53,338 bases of DNA from a virus (IMGVR_UViG_3300043765_000021:1-53338), one strand, 5' to 3'. Positions 10,343 through 19,392 are shown, counted from the first letter of the stretch. A program made the numbers and translations. The notes: a model not told the origin generated them from the letters alone.

Positions 10343-11793
10343 TGAACGACATCGCGCCGCGCGCCGGCACCCCGCTCGACTTCCCGGCCAACCCGACGGC
10401 CGGCCAGCAATACATCGTCGGCACCACGATCTGGACGTGGGACGGCGCCAAATGGGAGGCGACGGGTGGCGGCGGCTCGGCCTCGATCACCGTCGGCGAC
10501 ACGCCGCCTTCCTCGCCCCAGCCGGGTGCGCTGTGGTGGGATAGCGTCGGCGGGCAACTCTATCTCTATTACGCGGACCCGAACTCCAACGAGTGGGTGC
10601 CGGCGACCAACAACCCGGGCTCGGTCCTGACACCGCTGCCGGTTTCCCAAGGCGGCACCGGCTCGACGACGGCGCCCGCGGCCCTGACCGCGCTGGGGGC
10701 GGCGAGCGCGACGAGCGTTGCCGCGCTCGCCAACAATGTCGCGGCGCTCGCCAACCCGAACAAATTGCTGAACCCGTTTTGCGAGATCGACCAGGCCAAT
10801 GAGGGCGCCGCCACGACCGCCAGCGGTGCCTATATCGTGGATGGCTTCCTTTATGGCTTTACCACCACTGGCGGCGCAATCACCCGACAGCGCAACGCGA
10901 CCGGCGGTCCTCTTGGTTATCCCTACAATATCTCAGCCACGGTCACGACCGCCGCCACCTCTGTCGCGGCTGGCGATTATTACGAAATGCAGCAACGCCT
11001 TGAAGGAGACGAGCTCTACGATACGCTGTGGGGAACCACGCAAGCGAAGCCGGTTACCCTTAGCTTCTGGGTTCTGTGTTCGATAGCTGGCACCTATTCG
11101 GTAACAATTATTAATTACGCCGGCAACCGCTCTTTCGTTGCGCCTTATACGATCTCAGTCGCCAACACTTGGCAGTTGGTTACGATCACCGTCCCTGGCG
11201 ATACAGTCGGCACCTGGGTAACTAGTGGCAACGCGTTGGCTTTGTATCTGGGTTTTTGGCAAGCGGTCGGCACGACTTACCAGACGCCCACCGGCAACAC
11301 GTGGCTTGCCGGTCAGTTCTTTGCGACGACGGGCATCACCAACACCTGGGCGACCACGGCCGGCGCGGTCTTCCGGCTCGGCCCCTGCAAGCTCGAGGTC
11401 GGGCCGATCGCCACGCCGATGCTGCGCAACTCGATCGCCCAGGAATTGATCCGTTGTCAGCGGCACTATGAGAAGAGCTATGACATCGGGACGGCCGTTG
11501 GGACGGTAGTGAATAATGGCATGATTTATCTGACAGTAAATGCCGCGGGACTAGCTGCCCAGGTTGCTGGGCGTGCGTCCTTTGCTGTCATAAAGAGAGC
11601 AGTTCCTACAATAACGGGATACTCGCCTTCGACCGGTGCGGCGGGCAAGGCGCGCGACTACACAAATGTTGTAGATCTTACTGTTAATCCGTTTGGTGTA
11701 GGTCTTGGTGGCCTTAACCTATATGTCGCGATAGGCGCGGCTGGAGGCACTCCGAACGTATCCTACCACTGGGTCGCGGACGCGAGGCTGTAA
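10342..11793 (+). CDS. Modular fibre/adhesin paralogue (D-type head)
   Basis: LDFP, LWWD, PV.QGGTG linker, NKL.NPF.EIDQ...VADARL. Confidence 0.75.
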   Translation: MNDIAPRAGTPLDFPANPTAGQQYIVGTTIWTWDGAKWEATGGGGSASITVGDTPPSSPQPGALWWDSVGGQLYLYYADPNSNEWVPATNNPGSVLTPLPVSQGGTGSTTAPAALTALGAASATSVAALANNVAALANPNKLLNPFCEIDQANEGAATTASGAYIVDGFLYGFTTTGGAITRQRNATGGPLGYPYNISATVTTAATSVAAGDYYEMQQRLEGDELYDTLWGTTQAKPVTLSFWVLCSIAGTYSVTIINYAGNRSFVAPYTISVANTWQLVTITVPGDTVGTWVTSGNALALYLGFWQAVGTTYQTPTGNTWLAGQFFATTGITNTWATTAGAVFRLGPCKLEVGPIATPMLRNSIAQELIRCQRHYEKSYDIGTAVGTVVNNGMIYLTVNAAGLAAQVAGRASFAVIKRAVPTITGYSPSTGAAGKARDYTNVVDLTVNPFGVGLGGLNLYVAIGAAGGTPNVSYHWVADARL

Positions 11794-11796
11794 GGG

Positions 11797-13029
11797 ATGG
11801 CGATCGACTTTCCCAACAGCCCGACCACCGGACAGCAGTTTGTCAGCGGCACGACCGTGTGGCAGTGGGACGGCACGAAGTGGGAAGCGGTCTCGCCTGG
11901 CCCGCCGATCACGATCTCGGACACGCCGCCCGCCACCCCGCGGGTCGGCGCTCTCTGGTGGGACAGCACCGGGGCGCAACTCTACATTTACTATGCGGAC
12001 CCGACGTCGTCGCAGTGGGTCCCGGTCACCAACGAGCCCGGCGCGCAGGGCCCGACCGGGCCGCAGGGGCCGGGCAGCGGCTACAACAAGCTGATGAACG
12101 GCTTTCTCGAGATCGACCAGGTCAACGGCGGCGCGGCGGTGGCGACGAATAACGCGGGCTCGGTCGACGGCTGGCGCAATGAGTTCAATACGGGCGTGCT
12201 GACGATGCAGCGCGTCGTCGACGCGCCACCCGGCTACACCTACAGTGTGCGCGCCACGGTGACGACGGCCGGCACCGTCGCCGCCGGCAACTTCATGCTT
12301 TTCCAGTACGGGATCGAGGCCGACGACCTCTATGACACGCTCTACGGCTCGGCAGCGGCGCTGCCGCTGACCCTGTCCTTCTGGTGCAAAGCCTCGTTGA
12401 CCGGGATCTACGGCGGCGCGATCCGCAGCGGCCCAACGCCGTTCCGCAGTTATCCGTTTCCGATCGTCATCAACACCGCCAATACCTGGCAACTCGTCAA
12501 CCTGACCATCCCCGGCGACGCGCTCGTCGGCTCGACCTGGGTCAATTACGGCAACGCCCTCGGCGCCTACCTCTTTATCACGCTGGGCAGCGGCAGCACC
12601 TATGCGGGAACCCCTAACACCTGGCAGACGGCCAATCTCCTCGGGCCGAGCACGATGACGAACTCGATCATCACCACGGCCGGTGCGACCTTCAGCCTGG
12701 GTCCGATCAAGCTCGAGCTCGGCCAACTGGCGACGCCGATGGTGCGCTCGTCGATGCAGGAGGAGCTCGCGCGCTGCATGCGTTACTACCAGACGCGCAG
12801 CGTTATCCAAGGCATCATGTGGCAGGCCAACCCTGGTGATACCTACCGGAACTATACAACGGTATTCCCGGTGCCCATGCGCGCCGCCCCGACGATGACG
12901 TTCAACGGCGGAACGGCGGGATGGGCGATCGCTGGCATGGATGTTAACGGGTTTGGCGGCAACAACAATCTCGGCAACACGACGGGGGTCGCGTCGATGC
13001 CGAACTATGTCGCGGACGCGCGGCTATGA
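11797..13029 (+). CDS. Modular fibre/adhesin paralogue (D-type head)
   Basis: IDFP, LWWD, NKLMNGFLEIDQ...EELARCMRYY...VADARL. Confidence 0.75.
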   Translation: MAIDFPNSPTTGQQFVSGTTVWQWDGTKWEAVSPGPPITISDTPPATPRVGALWWDSTGAQLYIYYADPTSSQWVPVTNEPGAQGPTGPQGPGSGYNKLMNGFLEIDQVNGGAAVATNNAGSVDGWRNEFNTGVLTMQRVVDAPPGYTYSVRATVTTAGTVAAGNFMLFQYGIEADDLYDTLYGSAAALPLTLSFWCKASLTGIYGGAIRSGPTPFRSYPFPIVINTANTWQLVNLTIPGDALVGSTWVNYGNALGAYLFITLGSGSTYAGTPNTWQTANLLGPSTMTNSIITTAGATFSLGPIKLELGQLATPMVRSSMQEELARCMRYYQTRSVIQGIMWQANPGDTYRNYTTVFPVPMRAAPTMTFNGGTAGWAIAGMDVNGFGGNNNLGNTTGVASMPNYVADARL

Positions 13030-13775
13030 TCGACTTCCCCAACAGCCCCAGCCTCGGCCAGCAGTTCCTCTCCGGGGGGATGGTGTGGCAATGGGACGGG
13101 GCGAAGTGGTTCGCGATCAACAACGCGGCCAACGTCGTCGCCAGCGCGATCCCGCCGGCGAACCCGCAAGTGGGGAACCTGTGGTGGGACGTCAACGGCG
13201 GCCAGCTGTATATCTGGTACAACGACGGGACCTCGGCCCAGTGGGTCGTCGCCAACACCACGGCGGGATCGCCCAGTTGGCAGATCGGGCCGGGCCTGGC
13301 GCTCAACACCGGGACCACACCCAACACGCTGGGGATGGCCTCGCCGACGCCCGCGATCCCAAAGCTGGGGGTGACGGACGGGTCGAACGCGGCGGCCGGC
13401 CAGGTCGGCGAAGTCATCACCGCCAACATGGGATCGGCCGGCGTCAATATCCCTGCGTCTAACACCTGGACTAATGTCCTTTCGATTACCCTCACCCCTG
13501 GTGATTGGGATGTTGTGGGTACAATTAATATTACTTCTAGCGCAGGAGCCACCAACATAGCCGCTACGCAGAGTTTAACGACAGCGCCGTCAAGTGCGAT
13601 GGGTGACTTTTGGGTGCAGATTTACGGAGTAACACTATCGGAATTTGGTTCGGCTATCCCGCCGCAACGCTATACCGTGACGGCAAATACGATAGTTTAT
13701 CTTCTTGGTTTTTGTGCTTTCACTACCGGCACAGTGACCGCTTACGGGCAACTGATTGCACGGCGGATGCGATGA
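13026..13775 (+). CDS. Modular fibre/adhesin paralogue (C-type head)
   Basis: MIDFP, LWWD, PKLGVTDGSNAAAGQVGE, LTPGDWDV, ends ARRMR. Confidence 0.75.
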   Translation: MIDFPNSPSLGQQFLSGGMVWQWDGAKWFAINNAANVVASAIPPANPQVGNLWWDVNGGQLYIWYNDGTSAQWVVANTTAGSPSWQIGPGLALNTGTTPNTLGMASPTPAIPKLGVTDGSNAAAGQVGEVITANMGSAGVNIPASNTWTNVLSITLTPGDWDVVGTINITSSAGATNIAATQSLTTAPSSAMGDFWVQIYGVTLSEFGSAIPPQRYTVTANTIVYLLGFCAFTTGTVTAYGQLIARRMR

Positions 13776-14944
13776 TCGACTTCCCGAACAATCCCGTCGT
13801 CGGCCAGGTCTACGCGAGCGGCTTGGGCCAGTGGCAGTGGGACGGGACGAAATGGAATGCCATCGGCGCCTACTATGCGCCGACCGTCGCCAACCCGAAC
13901 AAGCTCCTCAACCCGTTTCTCGAGATCGACCAGGCCAACGAGGGGGCGGCGAGGACCGGCAGCGGCTATGCCATCGACGGCTTCCGGCTGAACGCCGCCT
14001 CCTCGACGGGTGTTTACATCGCCGGGCGGGGCGGGGCCGGCACTGGCCCGCCGGGTTTCCCCGCCTTCTGCCTCTACACCCAGACAAACACCGTCGCCAC
14101 CTCCGTGGCCGCCGGCGACAATCTCGGTCTCTACCAGACGCTGGAAGCCGACGACATTTACGACACCGGGTTCGGCACCAGCGCAGCCCAGCCCTTGACC
14201 GTGTCGTTCTGGGCCTACTGCACTATCGCCGGCACCTACTACTTCAACCTGGCGAACGCAGCAGCCAACCGCTCATACCCTGCCCCGTTTACGCTGACCG
14301 CCGCCAACACCTGGCAATTCTTTACCATCACTATTCCCGGCGATATCGCCGGTACGTGGGTCACCTCCGGCAACGCCGCCGGGATGGTCGCCTGGTGGAC
14401 GCTGGGAGCCGGCACCACTTTCCAGACCCCAACCCTCAACGCCTGGCAAAGCGGCAACTTCTTCGCCGGCACCGGCATATCCAACGCCGTGATGACCACC
14501 GCCGGCGCCCAGTTCCGGCTCGGGCCATGCAAGCTCGAGGTGGGACCCTCGGCGACGCCGAACCTGCGCACCTCGATCTCCCACGAACTGAGCCGGTGCC
14601 AGCGCTACTATGAGAAAAGCTACGATCCCGGACAGGCTCTTGGAATGACCGGAACGGGTAACTGGCTTTGGAATTACCTGGTTCCCAGCGCGGTAACGCA
14701 AGGGCCGGGGATCGGTGGGTCGTTTATGTTCAAGGTGACCAAGCGGGCGCAGCCATCGGTGAGCATCTACTCACCTAACAGCGGCGTGAATGGCAAGCTC
14801 TACGACCGCATGGATAACACTGATATCACCGCCAACATCATCGCGGTCGGAGCAAGCTCGGTCTCTTGGTATGGCGCCTGTTCAAGTGCGACACAAAGCA
14901 ATGTGCAGTTTGGCGGTCACTTCGTGGCAGACGCGAGGCTCTGA
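13772..14944 (+). CDS. Modular fibre/adhesin paralogue (D-type head)
   Basis: Start re-called at ATG 13772 (MIDFPNNP), overlapping the upstream stop; NKLLNPFLEIDQ...VADARL. Confidence 0.75.
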   Translation: MIDFPNNPVVGQVYASGLGQWQWDGTKWNAIGAYYAPTVANPNKLLNPFLEIDQANEGAARTGSGYAIDGFRLNAASSTGVYIAGRGGAGTGPPGFPAFCLYTQTNTVATSVAAGDNLGLYQTLEADDIYDTGFGTSAAQPLTVSFWAYCTIAGTYYFNLANAAANRSYPAPFTLTAANTWQFFTITIPGDIAGTWVTSGNAAGMVAWWTLGAGTTFQTPTLNAWQSGNFFAGTGISNAVMTTAGAQFRLGPCKLEVGPSATPNLRTSISHELSRCQRYYEKSYDPGQALGMTGTGNWLWNYLVPSAVTQGPGIGGSFMFKVTKRAQPSVSIYSPNSGVNGKLYDRMDNTDITANIIAVGASSVSWYGACSSATQSNVQFGGHFVADARL

Positions 14945-15144
14945 TGGCACAGCAGTATTACGTTCCCCCGGTTCACGACCAGATGGGCGGCGTGCAGTTC
15001 GACGGCGTCGTCTCCGAATACGGCGAGTGGATCCCCAATGAGCCGGCGAACCGCCACTGGGTCGAATACCAGGACTGGCTCGCTCAAGGGAACACCCCGG
15101 CGCCGTGGCCTCCCGAAGGGCCGGTCTTTGTCCCGCCCCCCTGA
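14944..15144 (+). CDS. Small fibre-associated (assembly/chaperone-like) protein
   Basis: WIP.EP.NRHWVEYQDWLAQGNTP motif of small proteins that follow phage fibre genes; TGATG coupling. Confidence 0.65.
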   Translation: MAQQYYVPPVHDQMGGVQFDGVVSEYGEWIPNEPANRHWVEYQDWLAQGNTPAPWPPEGPVFVPPP

Positions 15145-15156
15145 CGTCCCGGCGCC

Positions 15157-15444
15157 GTGAGGAGCGCAGCCCTCGTCTACGCGTTCTTCGCGGGGGCTGT
15201 TGTTGTCTGGGCGCTGCTCCTGCTGTCGACCTGGGCCTTGGCCGGGATCACCCTCGTCGAATTGCATGCGCCGAACGGGCACCCCGTGGAGATCAACCCG
15301 GCCGAGGTATCGAGCCTGCGCGAGCCGGTGGATGAGGCGACGCATCACTGGTTCCCGGGCACCCGCTGCATCATCGTGATGTCGAACGGCCGCTTCTACG
15401 CGGTCGCCGAGAACTGCGAGGCAGTCAAGGAGAAGCTGGAATGA
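15157..15444 (+). CDS. Membrane-anchored/secreted protein with FlbD-like domain
   Basis: N-terminal hydrophobic segment, then LVELH..NG..V.INP..V...IVMSNG....V.E..EAVKEKL pattern. Confidence 0.5.
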   Translation: MRSAALVYAFFAGAVVVWALLLLSTWALAGITLVELHAPNGHPVEINPAEVSSLREPVDEATHHWFPGTRCIIVMSNGRFYAVAENCEAVKEKLE

Positions 15445-15468
15445 GGTGTCTTTGACGAAGAGGACCGG

Positions 15469-15621
15469 CTAGCCGGGCCGCGAGGGCTGGCGATCGGCAT
15501 CGGTGCATCGGTGCTGCTGTGGCTGTTGCTGCTCGGGCTCACGGTATGCGCCTGAGCATGCCGGCACGATGATAAAGCCGAAGAGCACCACGCAGGCCGC
15601 GAGCGCGATCCAGATGCCCAT
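15469..15621 (-). CDS. Possible small membrane protein
   Basis: MGIWIALAACVVLFGFIIVPAC... directly downstream of rusA; below the ORF-track size cut-off. Confidence 0.35.
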   Translation of the reverse strand: MGIWIALAACVVLFGFIIVPACSGAYREPEQQQPQQHRCTDADRQPSRPG

Positions 15622-15627
15622 GTTCCA

Positions 15628-16128
15628 TCACGCCGAGAGGAAACTTGGCAGCATGAACTGGTGCGGCTTGCGCACCGGCGGCTTCTCCACCGGCCAGGCC
15701 GGCGCCGGGGGCCCGAGCTCCTCGACGGTCGCGGTGATGCCGGGGCGGTCGGAATAGATCTTCCTCACCCTCGCCTCGACGATCTGCTTGTCATCGCACC
15801 AGACGACCTCGTTCAACCCGTCGCCAAAGGATTTGCTGATGTTGTCGTAGTCCGGCTTGACGCAGGGGGTGATCTCGCCCAACAGCGCCCGCTCTCTCGC
15901 CTTCCGGGAGAAACCCTGCGGGATGGGGAACCTGGCCTCGATATCGATCCGCACCGGGAGCCTGGTCGGCGGACGGCCTTGCATCGCCCGCTCGCCGGCA
16001 AAGCGCAGTTCGGTTTCCCACTTCCGCGTCGCGTCGTCCTGGAAGATCCTGGGCCCGAACTTGGTGGCCTGGGCGCGCGGCGCCGCCTTGCCGCGCACCG
16101 CGCCCGCGATCTCGATGGTTATCTTCAA
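15628..16128 (-). CDS. rusA: RusA-family Holliday junction resolvase
   Basis: KPDYDNISK...DGLN..VW.DDKQIV catalytic motif; TTG start at 16128 with AGGAGG RBS. Confidence 0.9.
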   Translation of the reverse strand: MKITIEIAGAVRGKAAPRAQATKFGPRIFQDDATRKWETELRFAGERAMQGRPPTRLPVRIDIEARFPIPQGFSRKARERALLGEITPCVKPDYDNISKSFGDGLNEVVWCDDKQIVEARVRKIYSDRPGITATVEELGPPAPAWPVEKPPVRKPHQFMLPSFLSA

Positions 16129-16149
16129 CCGTGCCTCCTGGGCTAGCCA

Positions 16150-16250
16150 TGCTGTTATAATAACACACATAGCGCGCACAAATTATTCCACGCAACCATT
16201 GACGAACCGTGGAACCGGATTTATGTCTTACGCTCAACCGTTCCACGGGG
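16150..16250. promoter_or_regulatory. Divergent promoter region with three TTCCACG/CGTGGAA half-sites
   Basis: AT-rich; rightward TTGACG(16199)-N17-TATGTC; leftward TTGTGC-N16-TATAAC; half-sites at 16186, 16208, 16241. Confidence 0.6.
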
Positions 16251-16257
16251 GTACGAA

Positions 16258-16407
16258 ATGACGCAAACGCATGAGCCTTGCCCAAAGCCGGAGCCTCAAT
16301 CCGAGGCGCCGAGCAAGCGTTTAGAGGAGGAAATGAGGCGCGACCTCGAGACCGCAAAGCGGTATGGTGAGGTGTTCGGCCGGTTCTTGGACACGCTCTT
16401 CCGATGA
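16258..16407 (+). CDS. Small hypothetical protein
   Basis: First ORF after the rightward promoter; ATGA overlap with the next gene. Confidence 0.5.
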   Translation: MTQTHEPCPKPEPQSEAPSKRLEEEMRRDLETAKRYGEVFGRFLDTLFR

Positions 16408-16652
16408 AGTGCTCGATCGACGATCAGATCTCCTGCATCCGCCGCGAGGTATCGCTGCGCGAGCGCAACTACCCGGCCTGGGTCGAGAGCAACCGCATGT
16501 CGCAGACGACGGCGGACGTCGAGATCGAGCGGATGAAAGCCGCGCTCGACACGCTCGTCCAGATCCGCCGGGCGATCCCGCAGCTGGAGCGGTTGCTGCA
16601 CGATCTGGCGCCGCTCAACGGCGGGACGACACGGGAACTGCCGTTGGAGTAA
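16404..16652 (+). CDS. Conserved phage hypothetical protein
   Basis: QISCIRREVSLRERNYPAWV...EIERMKA pattern seen in many phage small proteins. Confidence 0.7.
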   Translation: MKCSIDDQISCIRREVSLRERNYPAWVESNRMSQTTADVEIERMKAALDTLVQIRRAIPQLERLLHDLAPLNGGTTRELPLE

Positions 16653-16654
16653 CG

Positions 16655-16846
16655 ATGCGGTGGCCGGACAACAGCGTGTGGGAACCGAAGGACACTCATA
16701 ACCGCGCGCCGCGTCCGGCCCTCATCGAATGCGAGCCGCTCCATCGTCGCCGAAGGTGGAGGACGGCTCGCTGGATCATCAAGACGGTGCTGATCGGCGG
16801 GTTGATAACAGTGATCGCATTCGGATTGGCTTATTGCGCACGTTAA
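16655..16846 (+). CDS. Small membrane protein
   Basis: C-terminal hydrophobic helix; GGAG RBS. Confidence 0.55.
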   Translation: MRWPDNSVWEPKDTHNRAPRPALIECEPLHRRRRWRTARWIIKTVLIGGLITVIAFGLAYCAR

Positions 16847-16847
16847 C

Positions 16848-16865
16848 AAATTCCACGTGGAATTT
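16848..16865. promoter_or_regulatory. Perfect 18-bp palindrome AAATTCCACGTGGAATTT (parS-like site 1)
   Basis: Intergenic; CGTTAACAAATTCCACGTGGAA (16841-16862) recurs exactly at 39223-39244. Confidence 0.75.
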
Positions 16866-16877
16866 CGGGAGGGATGA

Positions 16878-17255
16878 TTGGCTAACCGGCGACCGGCGCC
16901 GTACCGGGATCGTGGCCCGACGCGCCAGATCGATACGCCCGAAGTGGGCTACTGGCTGATGAAGGCGGTGAAGCACGGGCCGCTCGTGCCGGCGCGCATT
17001 TTCTGGTGCGACCACGAGCCGGGGGTGCCCGACAACATCTTGGACCGCGGCGGTCCGTTTTTAGCCGCCGAGATCGCCGGCGCCTGGGTCGAGGTCGACC
17101 GCGTCTGGCATAGCCGGGGCAAGGCGATCGACGAGAAGGAGTACGCGTTCCGCTTGGCGGAGATCGACTGGTCGAAGAAGTACGCGCCCAGCGAGCCGCT
17201 CGCCAACCCCAGACAGGCGGTGTCATTAAAAGACGCACCCCTGCCGTTCAGTTGA
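16878..17255 (+). CDS. Phage hypothetical protein
   Basis: TTG start with GGAGGG RBS; P..GYW.....GP.VPARI.W motif. Confidence 0.7.
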   Translation: MANRRPAPYRDRGPTRQIDTPEVGYWLMKAVKHGPLVPARIFWCDHEPGVPDNILDRGGPFLAAEIAGAWVEVDRVWHSRGKAIDEKEYAFRLAEIDWSKKYAPSEPLANPRQAVSLKDAPLPFS

Positions 17256-17266
17256 GGAGGTCGATT

Positions 17267-17551
17267 ATGGACGAAAGCTGGAAGGGTTCGTATGACGCGT
17301 GGAAGCTGGCGACGCCGCCGGAATACGAGTGGACCGACCGGCCCGAGCCGCAGCAAGACCCCGGCCCGTGCCGGCTCTGCAACGGCACGGGATGGATCGT
17401 CTGCACCACCTACGGCCGCTACGTCGCGGCGGGCCCGCTACCCGAGTATTCCTCGGCCCGCGGGGTCCATGACGCGCAGTGCGATGCGTGCGGCGGGTCT
17501 GGTGAGATCGTCGAAGAAGAAGAGGATGAGGACGATGGACTGGATCGATAG
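17267..17551 (+). CDS. Hypothetical protein with CxxCxGxG zinc-finger pairs
   Basis: CRLCNGTG and CDACGGSG; YDAWKLATPPE N-terminus; GAGGAGG RBS. Confidence 0.7.
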   Translation: MDESWKGSYDAWKLATPPEYEWTDRPEPQQDPGPCRLCNGTGWIVCTTYGRYVAAGPLPEYSSARGVHDAQCDACGGSGEIVEEEEDEDDGLDR

Positions 17552-17783
17552 GCTCGATCTCAAGCATGCCGAGGCGGTCCACCGCGCCGTCGAGTGTGTC
17601 AGCCTGGACGCGCCGACGCTCACCGAACTGACTTCGCTTGGTCGCTGCATGACCTTGATCTTCGGCACCGTCGAGCGCGAGGGCAGCGAGCGACAAAAGG
17701 CAGAGCTCGGGCAATGGTTCGCCTCGTTCGCCGGCTTCTGTCTGCACCGGTTTTTTAGGGAAGAGGAGGATGAAGATGAATAA
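17535..17783 (+). CDS. Hypothetical protein
   Basis: GAGG RBS; packed operon. Confidence 0.55.
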   Translation: MDWIDRLDLKHAEAVHRAVECVSLDAPTLTELTSLGRCMTLIFGTVEREGSERQKAELGQWFASFAGFCLHRFFREEEDEDE

Positions 17784-18084
17784 GGGTTACATCGATCCCA
17801 AGACGGTGAAGTCGCCGGCTTGGATAGTCATGCCGGGGTATCCGGTCGTGCTGCACAACGGCGGGCCGCAGTATCCCGGCAACGGGCCGAACGATGGCTG
17901 GGCGCTGGCCGAACTGGGCAACGGCGTTGTCGGTGTCCGCTGGAACGGCGGACCCGACGCCGTCAGTTTCCCCAACTCGCGCAATTGGCCGACGTGGACG
18001 GTGCTGCCGCCCGGCACCGCCCAGCGCGAGCGCGAATGGGCCAAGACGCACGGCCAGCATTATGGAGAGGAGGACGCAGCATGA
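17776..18084 (+). CDS. Hypothetical protein
   Basis: GAGGAGG RBS; YIDP..V.SP...VGVRWNG....FP.SR..PTW motif. Confidence 0.65.
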   Translation: MNKGYIDPKTVKSPAWIVMPGYPVVLHNGGPQYPGNGPNDGWALAELGNGVVGVRWNGGPDAVSFPNSRNWPTWTVLPPGTAQREREWAKTHGQHYGEEDAA

Positions 18085-19028
18085 GCATTGCCGAAAACAC
18101 GCGTGGCATCGGGGATAACCTCGCCCCGATAGCCGATCTCCTCGCCGAGGAAACGGTCGAGCTACGGCTGCGCGCCGAGGTCCTGGCCGAACAGGTCGGC
18201 AAGGCCGAGTGCGACACCGAGGAACAGGCGCAGGGCTGCACCGTCTTGGTCGGCATGATCAAGGAGCACCTTGGGATCATCGAGAAACAGAGGGTCAAGA
18301 GAAAGGAACCCTACCTGCAGACGACGCGCGAGATCGACGCGCACTACGGCGGCTTGGCGCAGATCCTCGTGATCGAGGACGGCAAGCGCAAGCAGGTCGG
18401 CGGGCCGCTCTTCAAGCTCGTCACGCTGCTGGACGAGTACCGCCGCGAGCAGGAGCGCAAGGCTGCGGCCGAGCGCCGTCGCCTGGAGGAAGAGGCACGG
18501 CTGCGCCGCGAGGCGCAGGAGGCGGCGGAGCGTGCCGCCCGTGAGGCCGAGGCCCGCCGTCAGCGTGAGGCCGAGGAAGCCGAGCGCAAGATCCGCGAGG
18601 CGCAAGCCGCTGCCGAGAAGGCAAAGTCGGATGCCGAGATCGAGAAGGCGCGTCGCGCTGCCGCCGAGGCGCAGCTGGAACAGGAACAGGCCGCGGCCCG
18701 GGCAAAGACCGAGCGCGAGGCCGAAGAGCGGCGGATCGCCGAAGAGCAAGCCGCTGCGGAGAAGCTCGACCGCGAGGCCGAGGCTGCGACGTTTGGCGCC
18801 GGCACCGTCAGAACCGCCTACGGGGTCAGCGCCCACACCAGAAAGGTCTGGAAGGTCGGGCAGATCACCGACATCAGGAAAGCCTTGGCGCACTTATTGA
18901 TGATCAACAAGGGGGCGGTCGAAGCCTTCGTCTTGCAGCAGTACGGCGCCCAGGTGCGCGCCGGGGTGCGCGCCCTGCCTGGGGCGACGGTGGTGGAGGA
19001 CAGTGCGACGACCGTCCGCACGAGGTGA
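18081..19028 (+). CDS. Coiled-coil phage protein of the recombination module
   Basis: Start re-called at ATG 18081 (GAGGAGG RBS); GIGDN N-terminus, long E/A/R coil, C-terminal VRAGVRALPG. Confidence 0.7.
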   Translation: MSIAENTRGIGDNLAPIADLLAEETVELRLRAEVLAEQVGKAECDTEEQAQGCTVLVGMIKEHLGIIEKQRVKRKEPYLQTTREIDAHYGGLAQILVIEDGKRKQVGGPLFKLVTLLDEYRREQERKAAAERRRLEEEARLRREAQEAAERAAREAEARRQREAEEAERKIREAQAAAEKAKSDAEIEKARRAAAEAQLEQEQAAARAKTEREAEERRIAEEQAAAEKLDREAEAATFGAGTVRTAYGVSAHTRKVWKVGQITDIRKALAHLLMINKGAVEAFVLQQYGAQVRAGVRALPGATVVEDSATTVRTR

Positions 19029-19039
19029 TGGGCTGGGCT

Positions 19040-19070
19040 ATGACATTTTTTCTGCCCGAAAAAATATCAT
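19040..19070. promoter_or_regulatory. AT-rich inverted repeat, possible promoter/operator
   Basis: ATGACATTTTTTC-N5-GAAAAAATATCAT in the gap before the KTSC gene. Confidence 0.4.
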
Positions 19071-19107
19071 AAATTCCGGCATGCGACAATGAGCGTGGAG
19101 AAATGCT

Positions 19108-19374
19108 ATGGATATGACGAGGATTTTGAACCCATCGACAACCGTCTTGGCCTATGGCTACGACCCCGAGAGCCAGGAATTGCACGTGCAATTCAAGGGC
19201 TATCATCGCAAGCGCGACGGCGCCGATATCCCGGCGACGACTTACGCCTATTCGGGGGTGCCGGCGCACGTGTATGAAGGGCTCGTCAAGGCCGACGAAG
19301 ACCCGGACGCGCATTTGGGCAACTATCATCGGGTGCATGTTGTCGGCGGGGGCTACCCAACCCGCAAACTCTGA
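19108..19374 (+). CDS. KTSC domain protein
   Basis: GYDPESQELHVQF...YAYSGVP..VY..L..A...G.Y. Confidence 0.85.
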   Translation: MDMTRILNPSTTVLAYGYDPESQELHVQFKGYHRKRDGADIPATTYAYSGVPAHVYEGLVKADEDPDAHLGNYHRVHVVGGGYPTRKL

Positions 19375-19380
19375 AGGACA

Positions 19381-19392
19381 TTCCACGTGGAA
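19381..19392. promoter_or_regulatory. TTCCACGTGGAA palindrome (parS-like site 2)
   Basis: Intergenic, immediately before the GATGGAG RBS of the next gene. Confidence 0.75.

Noticed and set aside
6690-14944. Diversity-generating retroelement (AAC-rich fibre head, similar paralogue C-termini)
   Set aside because: No reverse transcriptase and no non-coding template repeat seen; paralogue ends differ at all bases rather than only at adenines; the AAC richness is explained by an Asn-rich beta-repeat.
8241-14944. Shufflon or invertible tail-fibre cassettes
   Set aside because: All genes are on one strand and complete with their own starts; no invertase or inverted crossover sites seen.
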